From Mobula birostris (lineage: Eukaryota), in NCBI RefSeq assembly GCF_030028105.1, contig NC_092376.1, positions 155,216,212 to 155,280,211 on the forward strand: a DNA stretch of 64,000 bases, in the 5' to 3' direction. The position numbers and the translations under genes were made by a program. The notes below the pieces were generated by a model, which ran no database searches, had not been told where the DNA came from, and was given only the letters and a program-made list of their open reading frames with translations. Shown here piece by piece: positions 1-10,859 of the stretch; the first letter of the stretch is position 1; every line of letters starts with the position of its first letter.

Positions 1-132
1 CAATAAACATGATTATGTGCCTAATTATTAACATAATGAACACTCTTTGAGTGATGAGTGGACTTACTTGTCATGCCTACTCCATTCAACTCAGGTCATA
101 AGCAGCAAGGATCCCACACTAACTTCTTCCGT

Positions 133-182
133 ACACTATTGGTCTTAGGCTCCTAACACTATTGGTCTTAGGCTCCTAACAC
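133..182. repeat. Perfect tandem duplication of a 23-bp unit (ACACTATTGGTCTTAGGCTCCTA, 2.2 copies)
   Basis: 133-155 equals 156-178, followed by ACAC. Confidence 0.95.
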
Positions 183-1301
183 AAAAGCAATCCTTGACCA
201 TTCTCTTGTGCCACGGATCAGACAAGCCAATTTTGAATCTAATTTGGCCAGAGTTCTATAGGGTCCTATTTTTGAAATCAGTGAAATCTTGTCAAAGACC
301 TGACTGAAGGTCACATAGACTATACTATCTACCCTACTCTCACCAATACTTTATTCATCTCCTGGAAAGATCTACGTGCTGGATTTGCCTCATCCTCCCT
401 CTTGAATCAGTAGCAGATTTAATATCACTGTCTTTATGATGTGACATTTGTTGTTTGATGGATGCAAAACAGTGCAAAGATACAAAATTACTAGAAATTA
501 CAAAATAAATAAAGACTGCAAAAAAGAGGAAGTAATGAAGTTATTTTCACTTCTACATAATAGAGCACCTACTATACATCAGTAAAGATGCAACGAGAGG
601 TGAACAGAGATAAGGCACAGCTAACCTACAACTTTCTGGAATGATCCTGAGGCTGACAATGACCCTGTCCTCAACTGTCAGAGCAGTTCATGCATGTTTG
701 TGGTTGCGGTCGAAGAAGGTCTAGCCTCTAATGTCTTGCTAAGTCCATAGCTTTTCTAGAAGAATGGAAATTAGCTTCTTGAAATGTCATCTTGATGGTG
801 TGAAATTTTAACGTTAGCCAGGAAGCAAAAAAAACTGATAGGCTAGTTTATTTCAAATTTTGTGTAGGTTGGGAATGAAACTGCTCAACTGTGGTTGAGA
901 TGAATATCATTACCTGTTTCATACCCCATTAAGAGAAATCTCATTTTTTAAAATTCTTCAATTGACTGTTCTTTCATGATCTTAATTTGTTACCTTCCTC
1001 CGCCTCATCTACTACCACAATTCGATCAGACCTGATGATAAATCCAACCTGTTCTGTGGTCAAGCATGTTTCACACTTCTCCCAAACACTATTCAATTCA
1101 ACCAACAAATAATTTATGAAAAACTGGTTTAAATTTTAATAAAACTATGCACCAGATGCATAAATATGCACATAAGAACTTTTCCATTCATCATTTGAAG
1201 ATATTAATATTTCTTATGATGATATTAGGCCCAGCATACAGATTGACAACAAGAAGTGATGAAGACCGCAACTGACAGTCTTTATGGACAAAATAACTCA
1301 T

Positions 1302-1564
1302 TGTCTTGAATAGTTAATATTGTGTATTTAATATTTCAGTAATATGTGAGCAATATTGTAAATATTTTGTTTGATTAAACATTCTTTGTTTGTTTACATA
1401 ATTCATTATGGATTATACATAAGAAGTATGTGAATGATATGTCATTACTCCGCCATGTCATATGTGTGTGCTTTACTAAAAACAGGGAGAAAAACCTAGG
1501 TGGACAAGTATCCCAGCTCCTCTGTTTTTCTTTTGATTAGTTTCTGGAGTTTCAAACCATAACA
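1302..1564 (+). mobile_element. Probable short solo LTR
   Basis: TGT...AACA termini around an AT-rich ~260-bp block; no TSD found. Confidence 0.45.
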
Positions 1565-1751
1565 GTTAACAACTCTATTTTTACTGTTCCATTTGATTGC
1601 AAGTACAAGGTTCAATTAGAGCCTTTGACTGTGGTATGTGATGTGTGTGAAAAGATACCATATGTGATAAAGAAAGGGGTTTAGGGAAATGAACAGGGAA
1701 ATAGGACTGATGGGGTTGCTCTTAGAAACAGCATAGACTGAACAGACAGGA

Positions 1752-1877
1752 GAAAGGCTACCAATTCTGGATATCCAAACAACACACGCACAAAACGCTG
1801 AAGGAACTCAGCAGGCCTGGCAGCAGCTATGGAAAAAGAACCGTTGGCTTTTCGGGCCAAGGACTTTCGGCAGGATT
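1752..1877 (-). mobile_element. Penelope-like terminal repeat with degenerate hammerhead motif
   Basis: Similar to the 15289 family (CAAAACGCTGAAGGAACTCAGCAGGCCTGGCAGCAGCTATGG). Confidence 0.75.
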
Positions 1878-2854
1878 CACAAGCCTACTTCTATGTTGTA
1901 AGGTAATGAAAACAAGAAAAGCTTTTAGACTGATATCCTTTGGCCAAGTTCTTTGATGCAAAGACAAAGAGTTCTTGTCCATGTAATTCAATTAGCCAAT
2001 TATAAAATGCTAGTAGCAGTAATGATAAGCGTATGACTACCAGATTGTCGTTAGAAACCATCTGATTAATTTTTGTACTTCAGAGAAGGAATTCTCCCAT
2101 CATTATACATTCAGGGCCAATTAAGCTGAATAATAAGTCCAGCATTTTTTAGATTCTGTAAATGAACATATAAAAATATAATAAATGTGCATATGGCAGC
2201 TTTCAAACTATAAATGGTGACCGAATGGAATTTCGTATTGAATTCAATCAAAAAAAAAAATCTGGCAATTGCTCTGACTTCTTCCTCACAAGTTTCTGCT
2301 ACAATTCATTTTCATGATCACAAGTGTATCGTCCTTGAGCTAAAACCATCAGACAGAAAAAATTATCTATAATGATTTGGCTATTCCTTTTTTAAAGAAA
2401 ACTTTATAAATGTATTAATTAACTTAGTTTTATTCATGCAGCTGAAAATTGGTTTATTATATAAAAAAAGCATTTTTATTAAAGTCGTTCAATCCTTCAC
2501 TTGTAAGTAACTTGATGTAAAATTGCTATGGCCTACGTAGCAAAACAAAAAGGAAATATTGAACAGTTTTATTGTCTGAATTTCTTAACAATTAATTTTT
2601 CATATAAAAATCAAGAACATTGCTGTGGAGGTAAGGAGCATCGTGAAGTGAATATTCATAAATATTTTAAAATATTTGGACAGGTCAAGCATGTGATTAA
2701 AACGACTTGCAATATAAGAAGTAGGAATCCCAAGTAGCGGATACAAGCAAACTCCACATAGGCAGAACCCTAGGTTAGGATTGAACCTGGATTGCATGTG
2801 CTGTGAAACATCAGTTTAGTTAGGTGCACCACTATGCCTGCTGGTAAAACCATA

Positions 2855-3440
2855 TACATTGAACAGTACTGCACACTACAGACCCTACAGCCTATGATGT
2901 CGTGCCAGCATTTTAACCTACTCCAAAATCAGTCAAATGTTTCCCTTCGACATAGCCCTCTACTTTTCTTTCACCCATGTGCCTATCTAAGAGTCCCTTA
3001 AATGTCCCTAATGGATCTTCCTCTACACCACCCTGGCAGTGCACTCCATGCAAGCACTATTCCCTGTATATTAAAAAAATACTACCTCTAAGATCTTGCC
3101 TATATTATCCTCCAATCACCTTAAAATTGTGACCTCTTGTATCAGCCATTGCTGTCCTTGGGAAATGGTGTTGACTGTCCATTCTATCTATGCCTCTCAT
3201 GAACTAAAAAGCTGTCAAGTCACCTCTCAACCTTCTTTGCTCCAAAGAGAAAAACACTAGCTGGCTTAACCTTTGCTCAAGAGATATGCTCTTGAAACCA
3301 GGTAGCATCCTGGTTAATACCCTCTGCACTCTCTCTGGAGATTCCAGATCCTTACTCGAATGAAGTGGTCAGAAATGAACACAATACTCCAAGTGGAGAC
3401 TAACCAGTGAATTATAGAACTACAACATTACCTTGCATAC
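2855..3440 (-). mobile_element. CR1 LINE 3' fragment
   Basis: Reverse complement shows CR1 ORF2 C-terminal motifs (HLEYCVHF.P) and 3' UTR. Confidence 0.75.
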
Positions 3441-3489
3441 ATATCTATGCACCATATACAACCTTATTTAGCCACAGCCTGAGTACTGA

Positions 3490-3975
3490 GCATAGATGTG
3501 CTCACTACATTACAGGAAGACTATGCCTCTTTGGAGAAGTTGCAGTGGAGATTCACAAACTGTCAGGAACAGAAGAATTTAGTTATGGAGAAAGTCTTTA
3601 TAAAATGTGTCTTTACTGGAACAGACATCTATAAAACTACCTCAGTATGTAGAAATAGTAGAAAGGACCTCTTCCCCTTACAAGAAGTGTCAAAAGCCAT
3701 AGTACGCAGAATCAAAGTAACTGGCAAGAGAAATGAAAAGGAACTTTTCTCCACCCAGAGGATGTAAAGAACCTGGCAATCATAGCATGAAATGATGGTG
3801 AAGGCAGAAAGCCTGCTCACATTCACATTGAACTCAAACAGCCATGACCTGCAAGACTGCAGACCCATTACTGGAAATAGGATTAGACTGGGCAGCATTT
3901 TTTCCACTGAGCTGATCACTGACACCGTGGGCCAATGGCACTGTACTGCAGAACAAATTTCTATGATTCCATGAT
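3490..3975 (+). mobile_element. CR1 LINE 3' fragment, degraded
   Basis: Reads SLEKLQWRFT... and LFSTQR-type CR1 ORF2 tail. Confidence 0.65.
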
Positions 3976-4664
3976 GTGGTGTCACTGACTTTGTACCTAA
4001 TTAATTGTACAATTTGCAGAGCATCTGTGAACTGATGTAATCAGCAAAATATTGATATTTCACCCTGTGGGCAATGTTCTTTTAAGTAAATTGATTCTTG
4101 AACTAGTGAAAAAGATTAGACAAAACATGAATATAAGTGGTCAGGGATATAACACAATTACTCTTAATTTCCCTTCATCTTTTGTGCTAGTCCCTTTTCT
4201 CTCTGATTCCAGCTAGGTTGTATCATTATAACTAATGGAAACAAGTGGAGACTGAGCCTGACTGACGTAATGAAAAGAGCTGTTTTTATCCTCATTTGTA
4301 ACATCCAATTGACTGTTGTTTGTCAATTATTTTGCTCAAATACTAAGGTTGATGAAAATCCCCCACTATTTTTATCAACCATAGGAATGAGCTTTCATGA
4401 GCTTTCTTCATCTTTCTCCACCTGTGTTAATAAGCTCAAAATCAAAAGATGTTGAATCCCTTTTATTCATTGCCTGACTGCCATAGCAACAGCAAAATCG
4501 TATTATATAACCTGTATTTCTCAGAAACAGTTTTGAGAGTGAGGTTCTATTTTTCTCCCAGAACTGTAAAATTTCTTTAGACAGAGGAGGAAGGCATTTT
4601 TGTCCTTTAAGTATTTGCCAGCTCATTGCCCAGTCCTATTCCCTTACTGTTTTCCCTGTAACCT

Positions 4665-5265
4665 ATTAGACTTATACAGCACTATAGCACAGAAACTGGC
4701 TCTTCAGCCCATCTAGTCCATGCTCTGTTAATATGGCCAGTCCCATAACCCCTCATAACCCCCCATTCATGTATATATCTAGATTTTTTTTAAATGTTGA
4801 AATTGAACCTGCATCCTCTACTTGCACTAACGGCTGCTTCCATACTCGAACTAGCTTCTGAGTCCTCTCAGATTCAATTTAAATATTTTACCTTTCACCC
4901 TTATCTGACAATCTCTAATTCTAATCTCATACAACCTCAGTGGAAAATCCCTATCTGTACCCTTCATAATTTTGTATACCTTTATTAATTCTCTTCTCAG
5001 TCCCTTATACTCCGGCAAATACATTTCTAACCTTTTCAACCTTTCCCTCCAACTCAAGTCCTCAAGACCTGGCAGCATTCTTGTAAATTTTCTCTCCACT
5101 CTTTCAAGCTCATTGAATCTTTCCTCTAGGCAGGTGACCAGAACTACACATAATACTTCAAATTAGGCCTCACTAACATCTTATACAACCCAAGCATAAC
5201 ATCCCAACTCCTGTACTCAATCCTTAGATTTATGAAAGCAATGCAACCCTATCTGCCTGTGACAC
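4665..5265 (-). mobile_element. CR1 LINE 3' fragment
   Basis: ORF 4851-5099 (ERKFTRMLPGLEDLSWRERLKRL...ELIKVYKIMKG). Confidence 0.85.
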
Positions 5266-5329
5266 CGTCTTCTTCCCAGCTTCTCTCAGTTTCTTCCACT
5301 CACCTACACATTAAAGATTATTTTTTTAA

Positions 5330-5520
5330 CTATGGTTAATGAACTTACCCATCTGACCATCTTCTAAATGTGGGAGGAAACTGAACCATGCAAAGGAATT
5401 CTACACAGTTACATGGAGTACATGTAAACTCAACACAGACAGAGCCTGATATTAGGATTGAACCTGTGTAGCATGGACTGTGAATCATTAATTCTATTAG
5501 CTGCTCCACCATGCCAGCTG
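5330..5520 (-). mobile_element. tRNA-derived V-type SINE (HE1-like) fragment; a related fragment lies at ~2735-2840
   Basis: Reverse complement GGCATGGTGGAGCAG...GGTTCAATCC...GTCTGTGTTGAGTTTACATGTACTCC, with A/B boxes and V-domain. Confidence 0.65.
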
Positions 5521-5534
5521 GATTCAGGAGCATA

Positions 5535-6208
5535 ACACCATATAGATAGGTCAAGTCTGCTCTGCTATTTCATCATGGCTGATCCATTTCCCTCTCAACA
5601 CTATTCTCCTGCCTTCTCCCCGTAACCTTTCATTCCTTGGCTAATCAAGAACCTTTCAACCTCCAACTTAAATATACCCAATGACCTGGCCTCCACAGAC
5701 TCCTGTGGCAATGAATTCCACAGGTTCACCACTAACTAAAGGAATTCCTCCACATTTCCAGTCTAAATGGATGTCCCTAGACTCCCCCCACTATAGGAAA
5801 CATCCTCTCCACTTCCACTCTATCTAGGCCTTTCAACATTTGTTGCAATTCAATGAGATCCCCAGCCCAGATTCACCAGTCACCCCTCATATGATAAGCC
5901 TTTCATTCTCAGAACTATTCTCTGAACCCTCTTCATTGCCAATAAATAAGGGGACCAAAACTGCCGACAATACTGCAAATGAGACCTCACTTGTGCCTTA
6001 TAAAGCTTCAGCATTACATCCTTGCTTTTAGATTCTAGTCCTCTTGAAATGATTGCTAATATTTCATTTGCCTTCCTCACCGCCGAATCAACCTGCAAAT
6101 TAACCCTTATAGAATGTGGCACATGGACCCCTAAATCCATTTGCACCTCAGATTTTTGAATTTTCTCCTCATTAAGAAAATAGTTTATGCTTTAACTCCT
6201 TCTACCAA
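5535..6208 (-). mobile_element. CR1 LINE 3' fragment
   Basis: ORF 5880-6146 (DLGVHV...VRKANEILAIISRGLESKSKDVMLKLYKAQVRSHLQYC). Confidence 0.9.
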
Positions 6209-6239
6209 GGTCCTTGTGCAAACCTTTCTTGAGGACTTG

Positions 6240-6462
6240 GCTTTGTGGCCAAGCTTGCAGATTATACAAAGATCGTGTTGAGAAAACAGGGAGGCTGCAG
6301 AAGGATGTAGACAGATTAATAGAAGGGCAAAGTGGCAAATGGAATACAGTGTCAGGAGGTGTAGGGTCATGTTCTTTGGTAAAAAGAATAAAACCACAGG
6401 CTACTTTCCAAACAGGGAGAAAATTCAAAAATCCAAGGTGCAAAGTGACTTGGGAGTTCATT
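6240..6462 (+). mobile_element. CR1 ORF2 internal fragment, opposite orientation to its neighbour
   Basis: Reads VAKLADYTK...RLQKDVDRL...MEYSVRRCRVMFFG...SDLGV. Confidence 0.8.
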
Positions 6463-7084
6463 TTCTGGAGCCAGACATAGCTCCTTTCTCCTCATTGTTC
6501 TTCCATATATTTCATGCAGAAAAAAATTGCTGTTGAGTGTACTTTTACATTTGATTCTCTCCACATATATCTAGTTATATTTTTTGTGTATGTGTTGTCT
6601 CTCTAGAATGAAATAATTCCTAAAGTGTCACAACTATGGAACATGGATTTTGATGACTGGGTTTTCACAGATAATAAACACTGGCTTGCTGAATGTTTCC
6701 AACATTTTTTGCTGATTTTAGCAAAGTTAGCAAATTAGATAATTTGATTTTGAATTTCCACTGCTGAAAACATGGCTTTACTACTTATCACTTAAAAGTA
6801 GTCTTAAAACAACAATGTAATCAAATCTCTTGTGTTTATAATGAAATAAAAATTCAATCTCATATTAATAAATAGATTTCGGGCCAGCATAGTTTTGACA
6901 AGAACTAAAATCAATCAATCATTGTCATTTTCAATAAAGTGCAATAAAAATGATATTTACATTATTAATTATTCAGATCCTGGCACTTGACTCAAAGGTG
7001 TTCAGAGCCAGTAACATCAGCTATTTGTCTCATACCCTGTTGTACCCGTAGCCTAACAAGATATAGTTCAATGTATCTCCACCC

Positions 7085-7164
7085 TAGGGATTCTCAAACT
7101 GGGGTCCACAGATCCCTCGGTTAATGGTAAGGCTCCGTGGCATAAAAAAAGTTGGGAACCTCTG
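7085..7164. mobile_element. hAT/Charlie-type MITE (~80 bp)
   Basis: Termini TAGGGATTCTCAA...TTGGGAACCTCTG; imperfect 8-bp TSD ctccaccc/ctctacac. Confidence 0.6.
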
Positions 7165-7319
7165 CTCTACACCTTTAGTAAAGATGCTTGTCTTGGATTT
7201 AAATTAAATCCCTTATTGTAGAAAAGAAAGAGGTTCAGTTAATTGTCCACAATTTTCTATTTTGAATTACTTAAAATGTAGATGCTGAAGAGAATATTGA
7301 TTCATTCCCATACATGTAG

Positions 7320-7535
7320 TCATGGCACCATTATTATCAAGCAATCAGTGAACCCGTGGACACCAGCTCATTATTCCTTCTTTTTGCATTACCTATTTAT
7401 TTTCAAACGCATTTTAAATTTTAGTTCATTGCAGGATGTCCTGTCACAAAATAACATTTTTATGTCATTTAAGACACTGATAATAAACCTTTATCCTGAT
7501 AAACCTGATTCTGATTCTAAATCTAATTCTAATGC
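7320..7535 (+). mobile_element. Rex1/Babar-type 3' tail ending in (GATTCT)n; a related tail lies on the minus strand at ~405-535
   Basis: TGATAATAAACC...TGATTCTGATTCT terminus. Confidence 0.6.
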
Positions 7536-8909
7536 AATTCTGTACATTGCTTTGACAAGTAAATCCCACTAGGGGTCAGTGTGAATCTTTTACAAAATGT
7601 TGCAAACTTCAAAGCAATAGGGAATAAATAAAAGAATAAAAGAAAGGATCTGTCACTTCATATCTTTCAAAGCCTGCATAAGTAATCCTCATAATAAGAG
7701 TTACATTATTCTAGAGTGAAGCAATATTTTTAATAAGCAAGAAATCTAAACACTTTGGGAGACATTCTAATGGTTAACCATCCCACTTGTTCCTTTTCAT
7801 CAGAACAGAATATGACTAACCATGGTACTAAGTTTTTATCATCCATCCATAAAATTAGGTTTCTATAATTTGGGTCACAAGAATTTTTTTTTTAATTAAA
7901 AGCAGAACACTTCATAATTAGTCCTTTAGACGATCTAGCTGTGTGAAGATGAGAGCAGTTCATATTTTGGTCAGCCTATTGGTTTTCATTAACCTGAACG
8001 AGCAATGGAAGTTAGAAAGTGATTTTCCCAACTGACATCTCATTATCAGTCTCAGTCATAGTTTGTAGAGTTTCTCAGAAAGACAGCCAATTAGTGTGAA
8101 ATTATGAAGAGTTTTGTGCTGAAGTGTCATCTTAACTAGGAACTAAGCTGAAACTGTATTAAATAATAAATTTGGAATCCTTGCTTTCTAGCAAGCACCA
8201 CTGTTCATTTAGAAGCTGTCAAAATGACAATTTTTTTTTGTTTATCTGTGCTTTCAGTTTTGATAGAGAGGAAATTTCACAGTTTCGGGCAGGTGGATTA
8301 TTTTTCCCATGTTACAAAAAGGGACTAGCATTAAACACTATGATACGGAAGTAATAAATGCTTAGCTAAAATGTAACACTTGTGTAACTATGTATCCAGT
8401 TTTGAAGTTTCAAATGCTGTTACATTCAAAGCTGTCTTCATCTAAGGGAAGGCAAAGAAGTGCTATTATATTTCTCAAGGAGAGAGACGCCTGTAGATAC
8501 TTCTGTAAATGCCAAGCACTATTACCACAGAAAAGCAAACATTCAGTGGTGTATAAAAACAGGTCATCCAGCCACTCATTAAGGTAGACCTGCTATCCCA
8601 GCACCACCTTCCAGCACTATCCCCGTATCCCACAATTCCATCAGTGTTCAGATATCTGCTGATTTCTGTTTTGGATAAAGGTAATTAGCTTCCACAATCT
8701 TCTAGAGTCGAGAACACATAAGGTTCAACATCCTCTGAATGAAGAAATCTCTCTTCACCTTAGGCTTCAAAGATCTGTGGAGACACAGAAAGCTACTAAT
8801 ACCAGAACTTGGAGCAGAAAAAAGCAAGTTACTGGAGGTAACTGGAGGTTTGTCAGACAGCAACTGTGAAGGGAATTGGATGGTTAATCTGAACTTATAG
8901 GGTATCAGA

Positions 8910-10285
8910 GAGACTGCCTCCTCCACATTGGAGAGATCAGGAACAGACTAAGCTACCACGTACTTTGCGAAGCACCTGCACTCCATCAGCCATGGCCTTT
9001 TCTGGGTCATCAGTTACAATCCATTTGAATTTCCCTTCCCATTCACACACCAAACTCTCTATCCTCAGTCTTTTTCTTTGACAGAATGAGCACAGTACAT
9101 GATGAAAGTACAGGAGTTGAGATGTTATGCTGAAATTGTATAAGAGGTTGATGTGGCCAAATTTGGAGTACTGTGTGCAGTTCTGGTCAGCTACCAGCAG
9201 GAAAGATACTAATAAGACTGAAAGAGTACAGAGAAAATTTTCAAGGGTGTTGCCAGGACTTGACGATGAGTGTCACACGGAAAGGTTGAATATATTAGGA
9301 TTTTATTCCACGGAGCATAAGAGAATGAGGGGAGATTTGACAGAGGTATTTAAAATTATAAAGAGTATAGATAAGGTAAATCCAAGGAGGTATTTAATGA
9401 GAGTGGATGAGGTTAAAACTAAAATTCATAGGTTAAGGGTGAAACGTGAAATATTTAAAGGGAAACTTTGGGGCAATTTCTTTAGCCAGAGAGGGGAGTG
9501 AGTGCAGACTGAGCTGCCAGTGAAAGTGGTGGATGGTAGTTCAGTTTCAATATTTAAAGGATGTTTGGATAAGTACATGGATGAAAATGTATGGAGGGCT
9601 GTGGTTAAGGTGCAGGTTGACAAGAGCAGGCAGAATAACGGTTTGGCACAGACTAGACAGGCCAAAGGTCCTGTTATGTGTTATTGTGCTCCATGACTCC
9701 ATATAAATACAACACCTCACATTCTCCTTGCATTGTCTGCAGCCCAATGGCATGAACAATGAATTCTCCAATTTCAGGTAATGCATTGTTCATTTCTCCT
9801 TCTTCTGATTGACTAAGGACCCCTCACATATTCCTCCTTTCCATGTCACCCCACACTCCCCCTGACCCCCATCACCCCAGTTTCATTTCCCTCTTCCAAA
9901 TACTCCATCTGCCCATAATCCACACACTCTTTCCACAGGGTCCCGATCCCACTACCCCCCAAGCCCCAGCCACTTCTCCCTTTTATCCCTCATTTGATTT
10001 TTTTGGCTGCTGTATTCACTTTTCTTTCAAAGTAAATTACAAAATTTTCAGCCCTTTGCTGACTCCTGTACTGCATTGTCCCCCCTTCCCTGCACTGTCT
10101 GATTCCATCCACCAATCCACCCCTCCTCATCTGGATCCGCTTATTACTTGATAGCTCTTGCCCTCTTCCCCATCCAGACCCCTTTTTACTGGCTATCTAC
10201 TCCATCCTTTCAGATCAGGTGAAGAGTCAAAAATATTAACTACTCATTTCATCCAACAGATGCTACCTTACCTATTGAGTTTCTC
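8910..10285 (+). mobile_element. Penelope-like element 3' part (GIY-YIG endonuclease remnant, pyrimidine-rich UTR, degraded terminal repeat), interrupted by a CR1
   Basis: Reads LLHIGE...FAKHLHSI...HLNFPSHSHT, then after the CR1 QHLTFSLHCLQPNGMNNEFSNFR*. Confidence 0.75.
9090..9697 (+). mobile_element. CR1 LINE 3' fragment nested in the Penelope-like element
   Basis: ORF 9127-9501 (MLKLYKRLMWPNLEYCVQFWS...GNFFSQR). Confidence 0.9.
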
Positions 10286-10859
10286 TGGCAGTTTGTTTTT
10301 TTTTCCACTAGTGAATGGCTTATCCTTATTGAGACTGTTCCCAGAAAGGAGATGTTACTGTAGTGTAGCAGTTAGCATAACATTTTTACAGCTCGGGTGT
10401 CAGAGTTCAGAGTTCAATTCCAATGTTATTTGTAAGGAGTTTTCACGTCCCCTCATAAGATCATCAGATATACTATTATTGGCAAACTTGGAAATATGAC
10501 ATTTAGTTCCCTCTGCTAAGATCTAGGTTGTGAAAAACTGGGACCCAAACACCAATCACATTGATATGCCACTGGTCATAATCTGAGAATTATCGACTCA
10601 TTCACATTCTTTCCTTTCTGTCTGATACCCAATTTTCACTGTAGCATGTAGTCTTTGCCTGTGATATAGCGACTGTGCTATTAAAATTAAGTAGAAGTAC
10701 CTAATACATTGATCTGTGACAGAAAACTGTTTACGTGCCAGCATTTAGTACATGCCACAGGGTAGCTATTTCTACATTTCAGAGATACACTAGGTCTAAA
10801 TTATACACCAGAAAGTACAAAAGGACTTCATAATAAATAGCAAGAAATTTACTCCAGTC

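Noticed and set aside
133-182. CRISPR-like direct repeats
   Set aside because: Two adjacent units with no spacer, in eukaryotic DNA.
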